Both the position numbers and the translations under genes were made by a program. 48,208 bases of DNA, from assembly GCA_002773285.1 (NCBI GenBank), contig PFBM01000014.1, forward strand, positions 1 to 48,208, written 5' to 3'. The stretch comes from Candidatus Kaiserbacteria bacterium CG10_big_fil_rev_8_21_14_0_10_59_10 (GTDB lineage Bacteria > Patescibacteriota > Minisyncoccia > Phycocordibacterales > UBA2100). Below the pieces are notes generated by a model. That model worked only from the letters and a program-made list of their open reading frames with translations. It did not search any database and had not been told where the DNA came from. Each line of letters begins with the position of its first letter. Within the stretch, counting starts at the first letter, position 1. Below, in pieces: positions 19,203 through 28,775 of this stretch.

Positions 19203-19213
19203 GAGCGCGGGGT

Positions 19214-21016
19214 TTACGAGTGGTACATGCGTGCGAAATAGGAAGAAGGATCCGTAAGGAGCTGCTCCGGCGCACCTGATTCGACGAGCTTGCCTCTCTC
19301 CAGTACGAGGATGGTGTCGGCTCGCATAACGGTCGAAAGGCGGTGCGCGATGACAAAAACGGTAACATGACCCCTGAGAGCGAAGATCGACTCCTGAATA
19401 AGACGCTCTGACTCGTTATCAAGAGCGCTTGTCGCTTCGTCTAAAATGAGGATGTCCGGCTTTCCGGCCAGCGCGCGCGCGAGAACGAGCCGCTGACGTT
19501 GGCCACCGGAAAGCAATACGCCGCGATCGCCGATCCGCGTTCCGAGGCCGTCTGGCAGCGCCTCAACGACGTCAAGGACGTTCGCCTGCTTGAGCGCCTC
19601 AATAACATCCTCGCGCGAAACGGTCGGTCGATAGAAGCGTATGTTCTCGAAGACCGTATCGTTGAGCAAGAAGCTGTCCTGTGGCACGTACCCTATGTGC
19701 GAACGCCACTCATCAAGACGGATTTCGCGGATCGACACGCCATCAACGAGTATATCTCCCGCAGTGGGAGTGAACAGGCGAAGAATAAGGTCCGCAATGG
19801 ACGTCTTGCCGGCACCCGAGGAACCCACCAGACCGACAAGTGTACCCTTAGGGATACGGAACGACAAACCGGAAAGGACCGGTTTGTCTCCATCATACGC
19901 AAAGTACACATTGTCAAACGTGAGCTCGCCACTGAAGCGGAAATTTCTCCCGCTTGTCACGCTTTCTTCGCGACTTTGGCGAAGCCGTTTTTTAAAGCCG
20001 ACAACACTCTCGGCGAACGGAACGAACTGATTGATGGAATGGAGCGCGCCTTGGCCGGACTGAAGATAAAGAAAAATCTTTTGTATCAGGTACAAAAGCG
20101 CCACGAAAACGGCGATGTTCAAATTGCCGGTTACATACAGAAAGCCAAAAACGATAAGAATGAATATCAAGCTGACGGGCTGGATAATAACCGTTCCTAG
20201 AGCCTGCACGACCGCATTCCTTGTAAAGAGCGATTGGAACCTGGAAAGATAACTCTCGCCGACGTCCAAAACGGCAGTCTCCGCCCCGGCTGCTTTGACG
20301 CTCTTTAAGCCGCCGAGGTGCTCGACCATTAAGTGCGAAAACTCCTTTTCTGCATCACTCGTCTCCTCGCCTATAGACTTCGTCTTTTGCACTAGAGGAC
20401 GTAACACGAGAAGCAATATCCCACCGGCGAGAGCCGTAACGACGGTTATTAGCGGTGATAGAAGAAAGGCGATGACGAAGTACACGATGAATCCGCTCCA
20501 TGATTGGATGAATTGGGCGATGACCTCAAGAAGCCCCTGCGTGCGCCTTATGTCCCAATAGATGGTATTTTGGAGGTACCCGGCTTTTTGCTGCAACAGA
20601 AAACTCCATTGAGAACGCAAGGTTGCGGTAAGTAAGTGCGACATTTCCTTTTTCATAAAGTCGGCGGCGATGTAGGCGCGCAGGTAGGAAAAGGCGATGA
20701 GCGCGAACGCTCTTAGAGTAAAAACAGAAATTATGAGAAAGAAGAGGTACCTGAACTTGAACGGGACGCCGAAGAACGCGAACACTGCCTGGATACTTGA
20801 TGTGACAAAATCACCGGGAAGCGTTGCGTTCCCCATAAGAAAAGAGAGAAGCGGTACGACGGCGCTTATTCCTATACCGTCGAGGAAGGCGCTTACGAAG
20901 CCGAGCGCCGTGAGCGCCGCAATGTGTTTTCGGTAGCCGCCGAACGTCTCCACTAGAACCCGCGCGGAGCCGTCTTTGTAGAATTTCGTAACTGTACTGC
21001 TGTCGAGATTCGCCAT
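19214..21016 (-). CDS. ABC transporter permease/ATPase, MsbA/PglK-like glycan flippase
   Basis: N-terminal TM domain, Walker A GSSGAGKT, signature LSGGQRQR, Walker B ILILDEATSALD. Confidence 0.92.
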   Translation of the reverse strand: MANLDSSTVTKFYKDGSARVLVETFGGYRKHIAALTALGFVSAFLDGIGISAVVPLLSFLMGNATLPGDFVTSSIQAVFAFFGVPFKFRYLFFLIISVFTLRAFALIAFSYLRAYIAADFMKKEMSHLLTATLRSQWSFLLQQKAGYLQNTIYWDIRRTQGLLEVIAQFIQSWSGFIVYFVIAFLLSPLITVVTALAGGILLLVLRPLVQKTKSIGEETSDAEKEFSHLMVEHLGGLKSVKAAGAETAVLDVGESYLSRFQSLFTRNAVVQALGTVIIQPVSLIFILIVFGFLYVTGNLNIAVFVALLYLIQKIFLYLQSGQGALHSINQFVPFAESVVGFKKRLRQSREESVTSGRNFRFSGELTFDNVYFAYDGDKPVLSGLSFRIPKGTLVGLVGSSGAGKTSIADLILRLFTPTAGDILVDGVSIREIRLDEWRSHIGYVPQDSFLLNDTVFENIRFYRPTVSREDVIEALKQANVLDVVEALPDGLGTRIGDRGVLLSGGQRQRLVLARALAGKPDILILDEATSALDNESERLIQESIFALRGHVTVFVIAHRLSTVMRADTILVLERGKLVESGAPEQLLTDPSSYFARMYHS

Positions 21017-21020
21017 GGTA

Positions 21021-22103
21021 TTACTGTACGACATCTCCCTCAGAGAGAGGCGTTCCGCGTTCGATATCGTGCGCCGCTCGCCTCCCTATCACATCGTCGT
21101 ACCGATTTGGGGAAAGGCCGTACGCCGGGCGAATAACGCGGACGTTCTTGGGGGTGAACACGTCCCCTTTCTTGATATCGGAGACCGCGAACAGAGAGCG
21201 GCGCAGTTTTTTGTAATTTTTCTCGTCCTCGCCTGCCGGGCCGTATCGCACGCGGCCGAGCAGGACTTCTGCACGCCGTATCCCGCGAACCATTTCTGCA
21301 AATTCATCCGGTTCTACGGAAAATCGAGAGTCCGGGCCTCCGGTACTGCGGTCCAACATGAAGTGTTTCTCGACGATAGAAGCGCCCGCGTATACGGACG
21401 CAACAGGGGCCTCAATACCTGCATTATTATCCGAGAAACCGCTGACTACATCGAAGCGCTCTGCGATATCTCGAATTGTGCGCAGATTCATACACTCCGG
21501 CCTCGGCTCATCCGCGTATGCCGTCACGCAATGCAATAATGCGACCTCTCTTGCGCCCGCTTCCCGCACGGTTCTCACGGCTTCCTCGACCTCATGGAGC
21601 TCCGCAAACCCGATAGAAAGAATCACGGGTTTTCCGGTAGACGCGACTTTTTTCAGGAGCGGTATGTCCGTTGCCTCATACGAGGCGATCTTGTAGCATG
21701 GCACATCCATCTCTTCCAAAAAATCAACGGCCGTCTCGTCGAACGGAGTCGAGAAAAAAGCGATGCCCAATTCCTCAGCGAGTTCTTTTAGCTTTGGCTG
21801 CCACTCCCACGGCGTGTAAGCCGTGGCGTACAGATCATAAAGATTTGATTTTTTCCACGACTCCGGCGTGTTTTCCCCCTCCAAAAAAAACCACTTCTTA
21901 TCCGAATCGATCGTCATCGTGTCCGGTGTGTAGGTCTGGAACTTCACGGCATCCGCTCCAGCCGCCTTCGCCGCTTTCACGAGCGCTTCCGCCTCCTCGT
22001 ATTTTTGATGGTGGTTGGCTGAGATTTCGGCAACTATAAAACACGGCTCTCCCGGGCCGATCTTCCTGCCGGAAACAACAAGGGGCACCATATCCACAGC
22101 CAT
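21021..22103 (-). CDS. pseI: Pseudaminic acid synthase
   Basis: AEISANH, KFQTYTPDTMTID, LYDLY..AYTPWEWQ, YKIASYE, RRSLF, RVIRPAYGL. Confidence 0.9.
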   Translation of the reverse strand: MAVDMVPLVVSGRKIGPGEPCFIVAEISANHHQKYEEAEALVKAAKAAGADAVKFQTYTPDTMTIDSDKKWFFLEGENTPESWKKSNLYDLYATAYTPWEWQPKLKELAEELGIAFFSTPFDETAVDFLEEMDVPCYKIASYEATDIPLLKKVASTGKPVILSIGFAELHEVEEAVRTVREAGAREVALLHCVTAYADEPRPECMNLRTIRDIAERFDVVSGFSDNNAGIEAPVASVYAGASIVEKHFMLDRSTGGPDSRFSVEPDEFAEMVRGIRRAEVLLGRVRYGPAGEDEKNYKKLRRSLFAVSDIKKGDVFTPKNVRVIRPAYGLSPNRYDDVIGRRAAHDIERGTPLSEGDVVQ

Positions 22104-22128
22104 ATTACGGCACTATAGCACTCCTTCC

Positions 22129-22770
22129 TTATTTCTCCTTTTTGTAGATCTTTAGTTCGTAGGTATGGCCGCGATGTCTGAAAAAAGCAGGGTACCGCTC
22201 ATTGTCCACGACGCGCAGCAAGTTGAATTGCTCCGCAATGGATTTATCCGGGTCGAGCTCGCTGTCTTTCGGCGTTCGGCGTCGATAGAACGTTTCGGTT
22301 CCTTTCTGTTTCCTCCCCCCTTTCGGCGGAAATGTCTCCAGGAATTCTAGGACAAGAGCTATCGTCAGTTCGCCTTGTCTCTCACGAAGCTCATCTACTA
22401 ATTCATGTCCTTCGAAATGTAACGTGCCTTCCGCGTACACGTCGCCGCTATCAACCGCCTCCCCCGCCTCAAATAGCGTGACGGGAATGTCTGTCCTCCC
22501 CTCGAGTATCTGCCACGTGAGCGGCGACCAGCCTTTCCCCTCGGGCAGAGCGCTTCCGTGCACGACGATATTGTGGGTGTTTCTTGCCCGTATATCAGCA
22601 GGCACCATTTTCTCGCAACTTAAGAAAACTGCGCAGTCGCCCTCTGGCATTGCTTCGGCGCTATTAATGAGTACGACATCGTGCCCTCGTTTCTTCAATT
22701 CCGACGATAACTTCTTGGCATACGGAACTATCCAACTTTTAGGATTGTCAACAAGGAGGGCAATTTTCAT
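22129..22770 (-). CDS. Formyltransferase-family protein (sugar N-formyltransferase-like)
   Basis: VVHGSALPEGKGWSP, VDSGD, FNLLRVVDNERYPAFF. Confidence 0.82.
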   Translation of the reverse strand: MKIALLVDNPKSWIVPYAKKLSSELKKRGHDVVLINSAEAMPEGDCAVFLSCEKMVPADIRARNTHNIVVHGSALPEGKGWSPLTWQILEGRTDIPVTLFEAGEAVDSGDVYAEGTLHFEGHELVDELRERQGELTIALVLEFLETFPPKGGRKQKGTETFYRRRTPKDSELDPDKSIAEQFNLLRVVDNERYPAFFRHRGHTYELKIYKKEK

Positions 22771-23453
22771 ACTCTACGGTACACGAGCTCGAACGCCTCG
22801 GCGGCGGGAAAGCCCGCTTGGCCACCCCTCACCCTCGCGAGCGCCTCCAAATACTCCGCGGAACGCGGATGCGGAAAGCTTCGGATCTCGGACCTGTACG
22901 CGCGCATGGCCGCGATCTTCTTTTTGAGCTGAGCTTCTGTAAGCCCGACGAACACCTGCGGCCGGAATAACGGGCGTGTGAAGTTCCATTCCGTAGAGGA
23001 CGGTACTTCGAACGCACGCACCTCCATCACGCTGCCGTCTTTCGCTGGACGAACTGCGGTGAGAACAGCATCAGATGTTATACGATGGTCCACATTTACA
23101 TCGGAGCCATGGTGAGTATAGACGATGTGCGGCTGCATCTCCTTCATAACCGCCTCGATACCGTGCACCACGGAAAGAAGCGGGACGCTGTCAAAGGCGT
23201 TGTCAGGCAAGCTCTTCTGCACCGGCGCGCCAGCTCCGAGGAACTTGAGTGCCTTCTGAGAGCATGCATAGAGCTTCTTTTGCTCGCGTTCAATGCGCTC
23301 GCGCGGCACTCCGGCGCGTGACGATATGTCTTCGCCGAGAATAAGGACGCGTACGTTGTCCTCCTCCTCAATGTGGCGCGCGATCGCGCCTCCCGCCCCG
23401 AGTATTTCATCATCGGGATGCGCAGCTATAACGAGAATGTTTTGTTTCGACAT
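22767..23453 (-). CDS. PIG-L/LmbE-family N-deacetylase
   Basis: AAHPDDEILG, THHGSDVNVDH, FEVPSSTEW, PHPRS, AEAF. Confidence 0.9.
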   Translation of the reverse strand: MSKQNILVIAAHPDDEILGAGGAIARHIEEEDNVRVLILGEDISSRAGVPRERIEREQKKLYACSQKALKFLGAGAPVQKSLPDNAFDSVPLLSVVHGIEAVMKEMQPHIVYTHHGSDVNVDHRITSDAVLTAVRPAKDGSVMEVRAFEVPSSTEWNFTRPLFRPQVFVGLTEAQLKKKIAAMRAYRSEIRSFPHPRSAEYLEALARVRGGQAGFPAAEAFELVYRRV

Positions 23454-23456
23454 ACG

Positions 23457-24134
23457 TTAGGTTATTTCGGCGTCAGCAGATACGCTTCCCTTTTTAAGGC
23501 GAGCGTTGCGCAACGTTATGCGCCTATCGCCGCACTCTACGAAGGCCGGAGGGTATTCGGGCGCATCTAGCATCCTAATAAAATCATATGCTTGGCGCAT
23601 TGTCAGTCGAGAAGGAAGTTTGCTCATCTCGGGCGTTCGGCGCTTGAACGTAACAGCTTTTCCTCTCTGCGGTTTGGGCCGCAACTGCTTTGCCACTATG
23701 TCCGTCATCATCGCAAAAGAAAGCGCCGATGCCTCCTTATAGATATCGTGCGCGCTTCCATGTCCAATGTTGAGTGCGCGCTTCATGTATATTGGCCCGG
23801 TATCAAGGCCGCCATCAACCCGAAGTGCTGATATCTTCGTTCTGTATATGCCGCGTGATAAGAGGTTCTGCAAAGGCGAGCCGCCTCGCCCGAACGGTAG
23901 ATCAGTCATGTGAAAGACGACGCACTCGAATTGCTCATGCACGCTTTTTGGGATGATCCACGACCAGTGCGGAAAAAAAATATAGCGCGGATTCAGCTTG
24001 CGCAAACGCTCCGGCGTCAGGTCTTCTTTTCGAGATATAAGGACCTTTCGGCAGCCCTGTGGGGGGTGCCATCGCCGGAATTGCTTCATATTCCATGGTC
24101 GTATGGCGGCAACGACAAGGGTTTCTTTGAGCAT
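23457..24134 (-). CDS. Formyltransferase-family protein
   Basis: FFPHWSWIIP, VFHMTDLPFGRGGSPLQNL, LDTGPIY, YDFIRMLDAPEYPPAF. Confidence 0.85.
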   Translation of the reverse strand: MLKETLVVAAIRPWNMKQFRRWHPPQGCRKVLISRKEDLTPERLRKLNPRYIFFPHWSWIIPKSVHEQFECVVFHMTDLPFGRGGSPLQNLLSRGIYRTKISALRVDGGLDTGPIYMKRALNIGHGSAHDIYKEASALSFAMMTDIVAKQLRPKPQRGKAVTFKRRTPEMSKLPSRLTMRQAYDFIRMLDAPEYPPAFVECGDRRITLRNARLKKGSVSADAEIT

Positions 24135-24139
24135 AACCC

Positions 24140-24817
24140 TTACGAGAGCATATAAGAGCGGATTTGTCCAATCTCTTGCGCCCGCTCCGGGTACCTACCG
24201 CGAAGCGCCTGGAGAGCCCGTTCTACAAGATCTTCATCTCCCGTAATACTGTCTTTGCTCCGATGGTACACAAAGACAGGTCTGGAGACGTGCATTCCCC
24301 GCCAGCGCCCCCACGTCCGAAAAAGAATGTCGTACTCTGGAAAGATCGTGTCGTAGGAGTATCCGCCTTCCACAAAAAAACTCTCGCGTCGCCACGCGAA
24401 TGCTCCTGCGGGTGCTGCGAGAGGACTCTTCGGGCGCACGAGTTTTGTATCTCCCTTGTATTCCTCAAAATAATCACCATATACATACGCGACATCGTGT
24501 TGGAATCCCGAAGCAAAGGAGGAGATGGCTTCCGGAGTCGCCTCATCATCGGCATCCAAAAAAATGAGGATTTCTCCGCGTGCTTCCTGTGCACCAGTTT
24601 TCCCCGCCCCGGCAACACCGGCATTTTCCTGGCGAATGAGACGGATCAGGGGCGAGCGGAAGGTAGACACCACCGCACATGTACTGTCCGTCGACCCGTC
24701 GTCGACGACCACTATTTCGTATGACTCTTTGGGAAAGTCCTGCTCGAGCGCGCTTTCCACCGTACGACGGATGGTTGATTCTGCGTTGTGTGCACGAATG
24801 ACAAACGAGGCGCGCAT
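24140..24817 (-). CDS. Glycosyltransferase family 2
   Basis: EIVVVDDGSTD and FLDADD. Confidence 0.88.
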   Translation of the reverse strand: MRASFVIRAHNAESTIRRTVESALEQDFPKESYEIVVVDDGSTDSTCAVVSTFRSPLIRLIRQENAGVAGAGKTGAQEARGEILIFLDADDEATPEAISSFASGFQHDVAYVYGDYFEEYKGDTKLVRPKSPLAAPAGAFAWRRESFFVEGGYSYDTIFPEYDILFRTWGRWRGMHVSRPVFVYHRSKDSITGDEDLVERALQALRGRYPERAQEIGQIRSYMLS

Positions 24818-24825
24818 AGTACGGA

Positions 24826-25983
24826 TTACCGCTGTGCCTCTAGTGAATAATCCCCGTACTTCTTGACAAGACTATGGTCGGGAGCCCGCTGCAGCGAACC
24901 ATCCGAATTCACTTCGAACAACATCTTATCGGTGAATGAATCCACTATCGTATCGAATTCTTCGGGAGTCATGTTGAAAAACTCAAGAAACTCAGAAATA
25001 GCGACTTTTGGCCACTTGCCGTCGTACTCGGTCACGAGCTTGACCGCCTCATCGCGTGTAATGCGACCATTTCTGACGTCCAGGCATGCATGATCCGTCG
25101 CGCGGCCGAACCCGAATTTCACGAACTTCAAATAATCGTGAACAGCAACGATGGCGTCATCGAGATTCTCGTAGTTCGTATACGTTCCCTCCACCGGCCC
25201 GTCCTCCTTCACCGAGAAACCGTATTTCTGCATGAGCTGCACCTGCTGCCGCGCGTCCCATTTGAAATAGTACCCAAGGAAGGCACCGAAGAGGCCGGCC
25301 TCTTCGAGCTCTTTATCGCTCGGATAAAAGTACGAGACAAGATCTTCTTTGGTGATGCCCTCAACCCCGATCATATCCTCGACGCGAAGGCCGAGGAGGC
25401 CTCCGAACTCTTCGAGCCATCTGCGGTCAAGCACGTTCTTCATGCGAGCCGCTTTCGGTCCTCCGTATTCAAGTTGTGAATTCTCTCCCCAGAGAACGAG
25501 AGGGATCCTGAACTGAACCGCCACGCGTACCGAAAAGGTAAAAATACCGATATGGTTCGGCCACTCGTGGTCACCCACCTGCTTGAACGCATAGAGGCAC
25601 ATTTTCTTATATATTTCCGGATTCTTCTTAAACTCGAGTAGGTCACCGAATTGCCGAATGTTCTCAAGGTTTTTTCTTCCCAGTTCGTTGCGCAATGTCG
25701 CCTCGAAATTTACCATGAGCGGATTCAGACCGTACTTGCGAGCCATGTATGCCTGGTAGTGACTGTCCTTCCCGCCTGAGATAGGAATGACGCAGTCGTA
25801 ATTCCCGCCGCTTTTATTCTTGAAGCGCGAGACGAGCTCGCGGAATTCCGTTTCGCGCGCTTCCCAATCTATGGTGCCTTTCATCTCCGCAGAACGGCAC
25901 GCATCACATACACCCTCTTCATCGAACGAGAGGTCCGGCTTGGTATTCGGCATCACGCATTTGGTGCAGTACCGGAAAGACAT
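24826..25983 (-). CDS. N-acetyl sugar amidotransferase (PseA/WbuX/WbpG family)
   Basis: N-terminal CxxC...CxxC, PP-loop ISGGKDS, WGEN..EYGG, YLKFVKFGFGRAT. Confidence 0.9.
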   Translation of the reverse strand: MSFRYCTKCVMPNTKPDLSFDEEGVCDACRSAEMKGTIDWEARETEFRELVSRFKNKSGGNYDCVIPISGGKDSHYQAYMARKYGLNPLMVNFEATLRNELGRKNLENIRQFGDLLEFKKNPEIYKKMCLYAFKQVGDHEWPNHIGIFTFSVRVAVQFRIPLVLWGENSQLEYGGPKAARMKNVLDRRWLEEFGGLLGLRVEDMIGVEGITKEDLVSYFYPSDKELEEAGLFGAFLGYYFKWDARQQVQLMQKYGFSVKEDGPVEGTYTNYENLDDAIVAVHDYLKFVKFGFGRATDHACLDVRNGRITRDEAVKLVTEYDGKWPKVAISEFLEFFNMTPEEFDTIVDSFTDKMLFEVNSDGSLQRAPDHSLVKKYGDYSLEAQR

Positions 25984-25984
25984 A

Positions 25985-26635
25985 TCAACGACGTTTCTCA
26001 AGGAGATACATTTGGCTCACGTTCTTTTCGTCCGTCATTCGATATTTCCTTTCCTTAACAACTTTCAGGTCCGCGAACGTGTCCGCGAACAATCCACAGA
26101 AGTCAGCTTTCCAAAGAAGGTCGCTCGTTCCTCGATACGTTACTTCAGTATATTCAGGCGAATAATACTCGAATCCCCAGATGTAATGACTCGATACTCT
26201 GTGCATCTCGGAAATGATGCTCTTAATATCGTCCGGGGAAATATGGATGAGAACGCCCGATGTGTACACGAGATCGAACGCTCCATCACTAAAGGGCACA
26301 TCAAAGCCAGACCCGAGGATGACCTCGACTTCGGGATGGAGCTTTTTCGCCTGTGACACGGCGTACTCATTTATCTCGAGACCCGTTAGGTTCGTGAATC
26401 CCATGCGGCGGAGGAATTCAAGCTGCACGCCAATGTTCGCCCCCACCTCCAGTATCTTTAAGTCCCGCGGAATATCCGCAAGAAACTCTTCATTCATCGC
26501 GGTACGCGACACATCGTAGTCCTTAAGATACAGACGGTCAAACTCCTCGGGAGATTGCGGGTTGCGATCCGTGTACTTTTTCCCCATCTCCCCCGCCCAC
26601 TCAAAGAGCTGCTTTGTGACCTTCGTTTTGCCCAT
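25985..26635 (-). CDS. Pseudaminic-acid-associated SAM methyltransferase
   Basis: WAGEMGKKYTDRN, LEVGANIG, TSGVLIHI, EYYSP, VTYRG..LWKADF. Confidence 0.85.
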   Translation of the reverse strand: MGKTKVTKQLFEWAGEMGKKYTDRNPQSPEEFDRLYLKDYDVSRTAMNEEFLADIPRDLKILEVGANIGVQLEFLRRMGFTNLTGLEINEYAVSQAKKLHPEVEVILGSGFDVPFSDGAFDLVYTSGVLIHISPDDIKSIISEMHRVSSHYIWGFEYYSPEYTEVTYRGTSDLLWKADFCGLFADTFADLKVVKERKYRMTDEKNVSQMYLLEKRR

Positions 26636-26645
26636 GCGGCAAATC

Positions 26646-27395
26646 CTACCCGATTCGAGCGGGAAATCCAACGTCCGCGAGCGCTCGCTTTATCACATTC
26701 GGCGTTACCTGCGTGTATTGGAACATACTTGCGGCAGCCACCGCCGACGCGCCAGCCTGTACGGCTTTAACGCAGTCGCCGGGGATACCCGCGCCGCCTA
26801 GCGCGATGACCGGGATGCGCACCGCATCAGCGACCGCTCGGATAAGCTCTGTATCGTATCCCTCCATCGTGCCATCAAGATCAATCGAATTAAGTAATAT
26901 CTCACCGGCACCTAAATCTTCGACCTCCTTGGCCCACGATACCGCATCCTTACCGCCATCAGCGGAACCGCCATGCGTGAATACGCGCCAGCCGGCATGT
27001 ACCATCCGCACGTCGATTGAAACAACAACACACTGACTCCCGTAGCGACGCGATGCTTCTGCGATAAGCCGGGGGCATTCAAGTACAGCCGAATTCATGG
27101 CCACCTTATCGGCGCCGGCTGAGAGCAGGAGCTGCACGTCCTCTACCGTTTTTACGCCACCACCGAGCGTTACCGGCATGAAGCACTCCTTGGTAACCGC
27201 TTCAACGATCCATCGCTCTATGCCGCGCTTCCCCGCGTCCAGATCGAGAAAAATGAGTTCGTCCACGTCCCGGGCGTTAAAAACCCTGACGGCCGCTACG
27301 TAGTTACCGATATTTCGATGATCGCGGAATCGGACGCTCTTCACGAGCTTGTGGTCCTTTATGGTCAGACATGGAATGACGCGAACTTTAAGCAT
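26646..27395 (-). CDS. HisF-like cyclase paralog for glycan amidation (WbuZ-like)
   Basis: RVIPCL, DELIFLD, PVTLGGG, GADKV, SIDLDGTMEGYD. It sits inside the glycan cluster, not a his operon. Start at MLKVRVIP. Confidence 0.88.
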   Translation of the reverse strand: MLKVRVIPCLTIKDHKLVKSVRFRDHRNIGNYVAAVRVFNARDVDELIFLDLDAGKRGIERWIVEAVTKECFMPVTLGGGVKTVEDVQLLLSAGADKVAMNSAVLECPRLIAEASRRYGSQCVVVSIDVRMVHAGWRVFTHGGSADGGKDAVSWAKEVEDLGAGEILLNSIDLDGTMEGYDTELIRAVADAVRIPVIALGGAGIPGDCVKAVQAGASAVAAASMFQYTQVTPNVIKRALADVGFPARIG

Positions 27396-27999
27396 AGGAA
27401 ATGAAATTCTTAAGGACAGCGAGTCCTCCCTTCTGGCTTTTTTCGGGATGAAATTGCGTGCCGAAAATGTTTCCCTTCTCCACCGCAACCGGGAACGTCT
27501 CGCCATACGCACAGGTACCGACAACGATGTTCGGATCGTTCGGACGCAATACATACGAGTGTACGAAGTAAAAATGACGAGATGGAACGCTCTTGAAAAG
27601 TATCGAGCTTTCAATCGGGGCAACCTCATTCCATCCGATATGCGGAAGCCTGTACGCATCTTCATCGACTCGTAGGCGCTCAACCCGACCCTCGATCCAA
27701 CCTAAACCGGGTGCGCCGCCGGCCTCTTCTCCATAGGTCGCGAGAAACTGCATGCCGAGACAAATGCCAAGAAAGGGCTTTCCCCTTACAAGTACCTCGC
27801 GTTCCATATCCGAGAACCCGGGGCACGACTTCAGTCGCCGCATTCCGTCAGGGAACGCGCCAACGCCGGGCAGAATGATATGAGACGCTTTCTCGAAATC
27901 TGCTCCGTGCGCTGTAACGATCCCTTCCGCGCCTAGAAAACGCAGCGCATTCCGTACGGAACCGACGTTCCCCATACCATAATCGACTATCGCTATCAT
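27388..27999 (-). CDS. HisH-like glutamine amidotransferase (WbuY-like)
   Basis: IVDYGMGN, LPGVGAF, GICLGMQ, PHIGWN, YFVHSY, QFHPEKS. Confidence 0.92.
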   Translation of the reverse strand: MIAIVDYGMGNVGSVRNALRFLGAEGIVTAHGADFEKASHIILPGVGAFPDGMRRLKSCPGFSDMEREVLVRGKPFLGICLGMQFLATYGEEAGGAPGLGWIEGRVERLRVDEDAYRLPHIGWNEVAPIESSILFKSVPSRHFYFVHSYVLRPNDPNIVVGTCAYGETFPVAVEKGNIFGTQFHPEKSQKGGLAVLKNFISYA

Positions 28000-28757
28000 G
28001 CGCGTATGCCTTTTGTAGGGTATTCCGCGTCACGAAACGCGTTGAGGGACACCATCTCCGGGTGAGCATCGAGGTAGGCAAGCACATCGGGAACATGAAG
28101 GATGTCCCCTTTCTTCTCATAGAAACGCTCGTACAGATGAGAGAGCAGTTCGTAATCTTCCTCATAGTCGAGCGTCAAGCGGAACTGCGGCCGCGCATAG
28201 ATGTCTCTCGCGACGAGTTGCGGTCCGATCACGAAGTCCTCTTTTTTATTCTCGTGTATATACGGAGTCACATGCTCTCGCTCGTATGGGTTTTTTGCTT
28301 CTCGATGAGCCCTCTCAAGCGCAGCGAAGGAGAAAATCTCGCAATCCAGCCCGCGCGGGAAGGTACGGGTGTTCGGCGCAATATTGCTTTGATAATCATA
28401 CCTACCCGCACCGAAGTTCTGAACAAGTTCAGAGAGGACGCTTGGGTCAATGAGAGGGCAGTCAGAGGTGATTCGGACGACGGGGTCAAATGGACCCGTT
28501 TTTGCCGCTTCGAAGTAGCGAGAAAGCACGTCGTCTTGAGAGCCCCGAAAATGCGTATAGCCATGCTCCGTGCAAAAATCCACTATCTCATCGTCTTCGG
28601 GTGCAACAGACGTCGCGACAATGACGCTGTCTATCCCTGGTGCCCGTTTTACTCGTTCAACAACGTGAAAAAGCGCTGCGTATCCGGCAAGTGGCAGAAG
28701 TACCTTCCCCGGCAGTCTGGTCGAGCTCATCCGCGCCTGAATGATAGCTGCAATCAT
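27996..28757 (-). CDS. SpsF-like cytidylyltransferase (probable CMP-Pse synthetase)
   Basis: IQARMSSTRLPGKVL, RGSQDDVLSRY, RITSDCPLID, REHVTPYI, RLTLDYEED. Confidence 0.88.
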   Translation of the reverse strand: MIAAIIQARMSSTRLPGKVLLPLAGYAALFHVVERVKRAPGIDSVIVATSVAPEDDEIVDFCTEHGYTHFRGSQDDVLSRYFEAAKTGPFDPVVRITSDCPLIDPSVLSELVQNFGAGRYDYQSNIAPNTRTFPRGLDCEIFSFAALERAHREAKNPYEREHVTPYIHENKKEDFVIGPQLVARDIYARPQFRLTLDYEEDYELLSHLYERFYEKKGDILHVPDVLAYLDAHPEMVSLNAFRDAEYPTKGIRA

Positions 28758-28775
28758 GAGCGTAGGTGAACACCC

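Noticed and set aside
26646-27999. Histidine biosynthesis hisF/hisH
   Set aside because: Context beside the sugar amidotransferase, with no other his genes in the window, indicates glycan-modifying paralogs.
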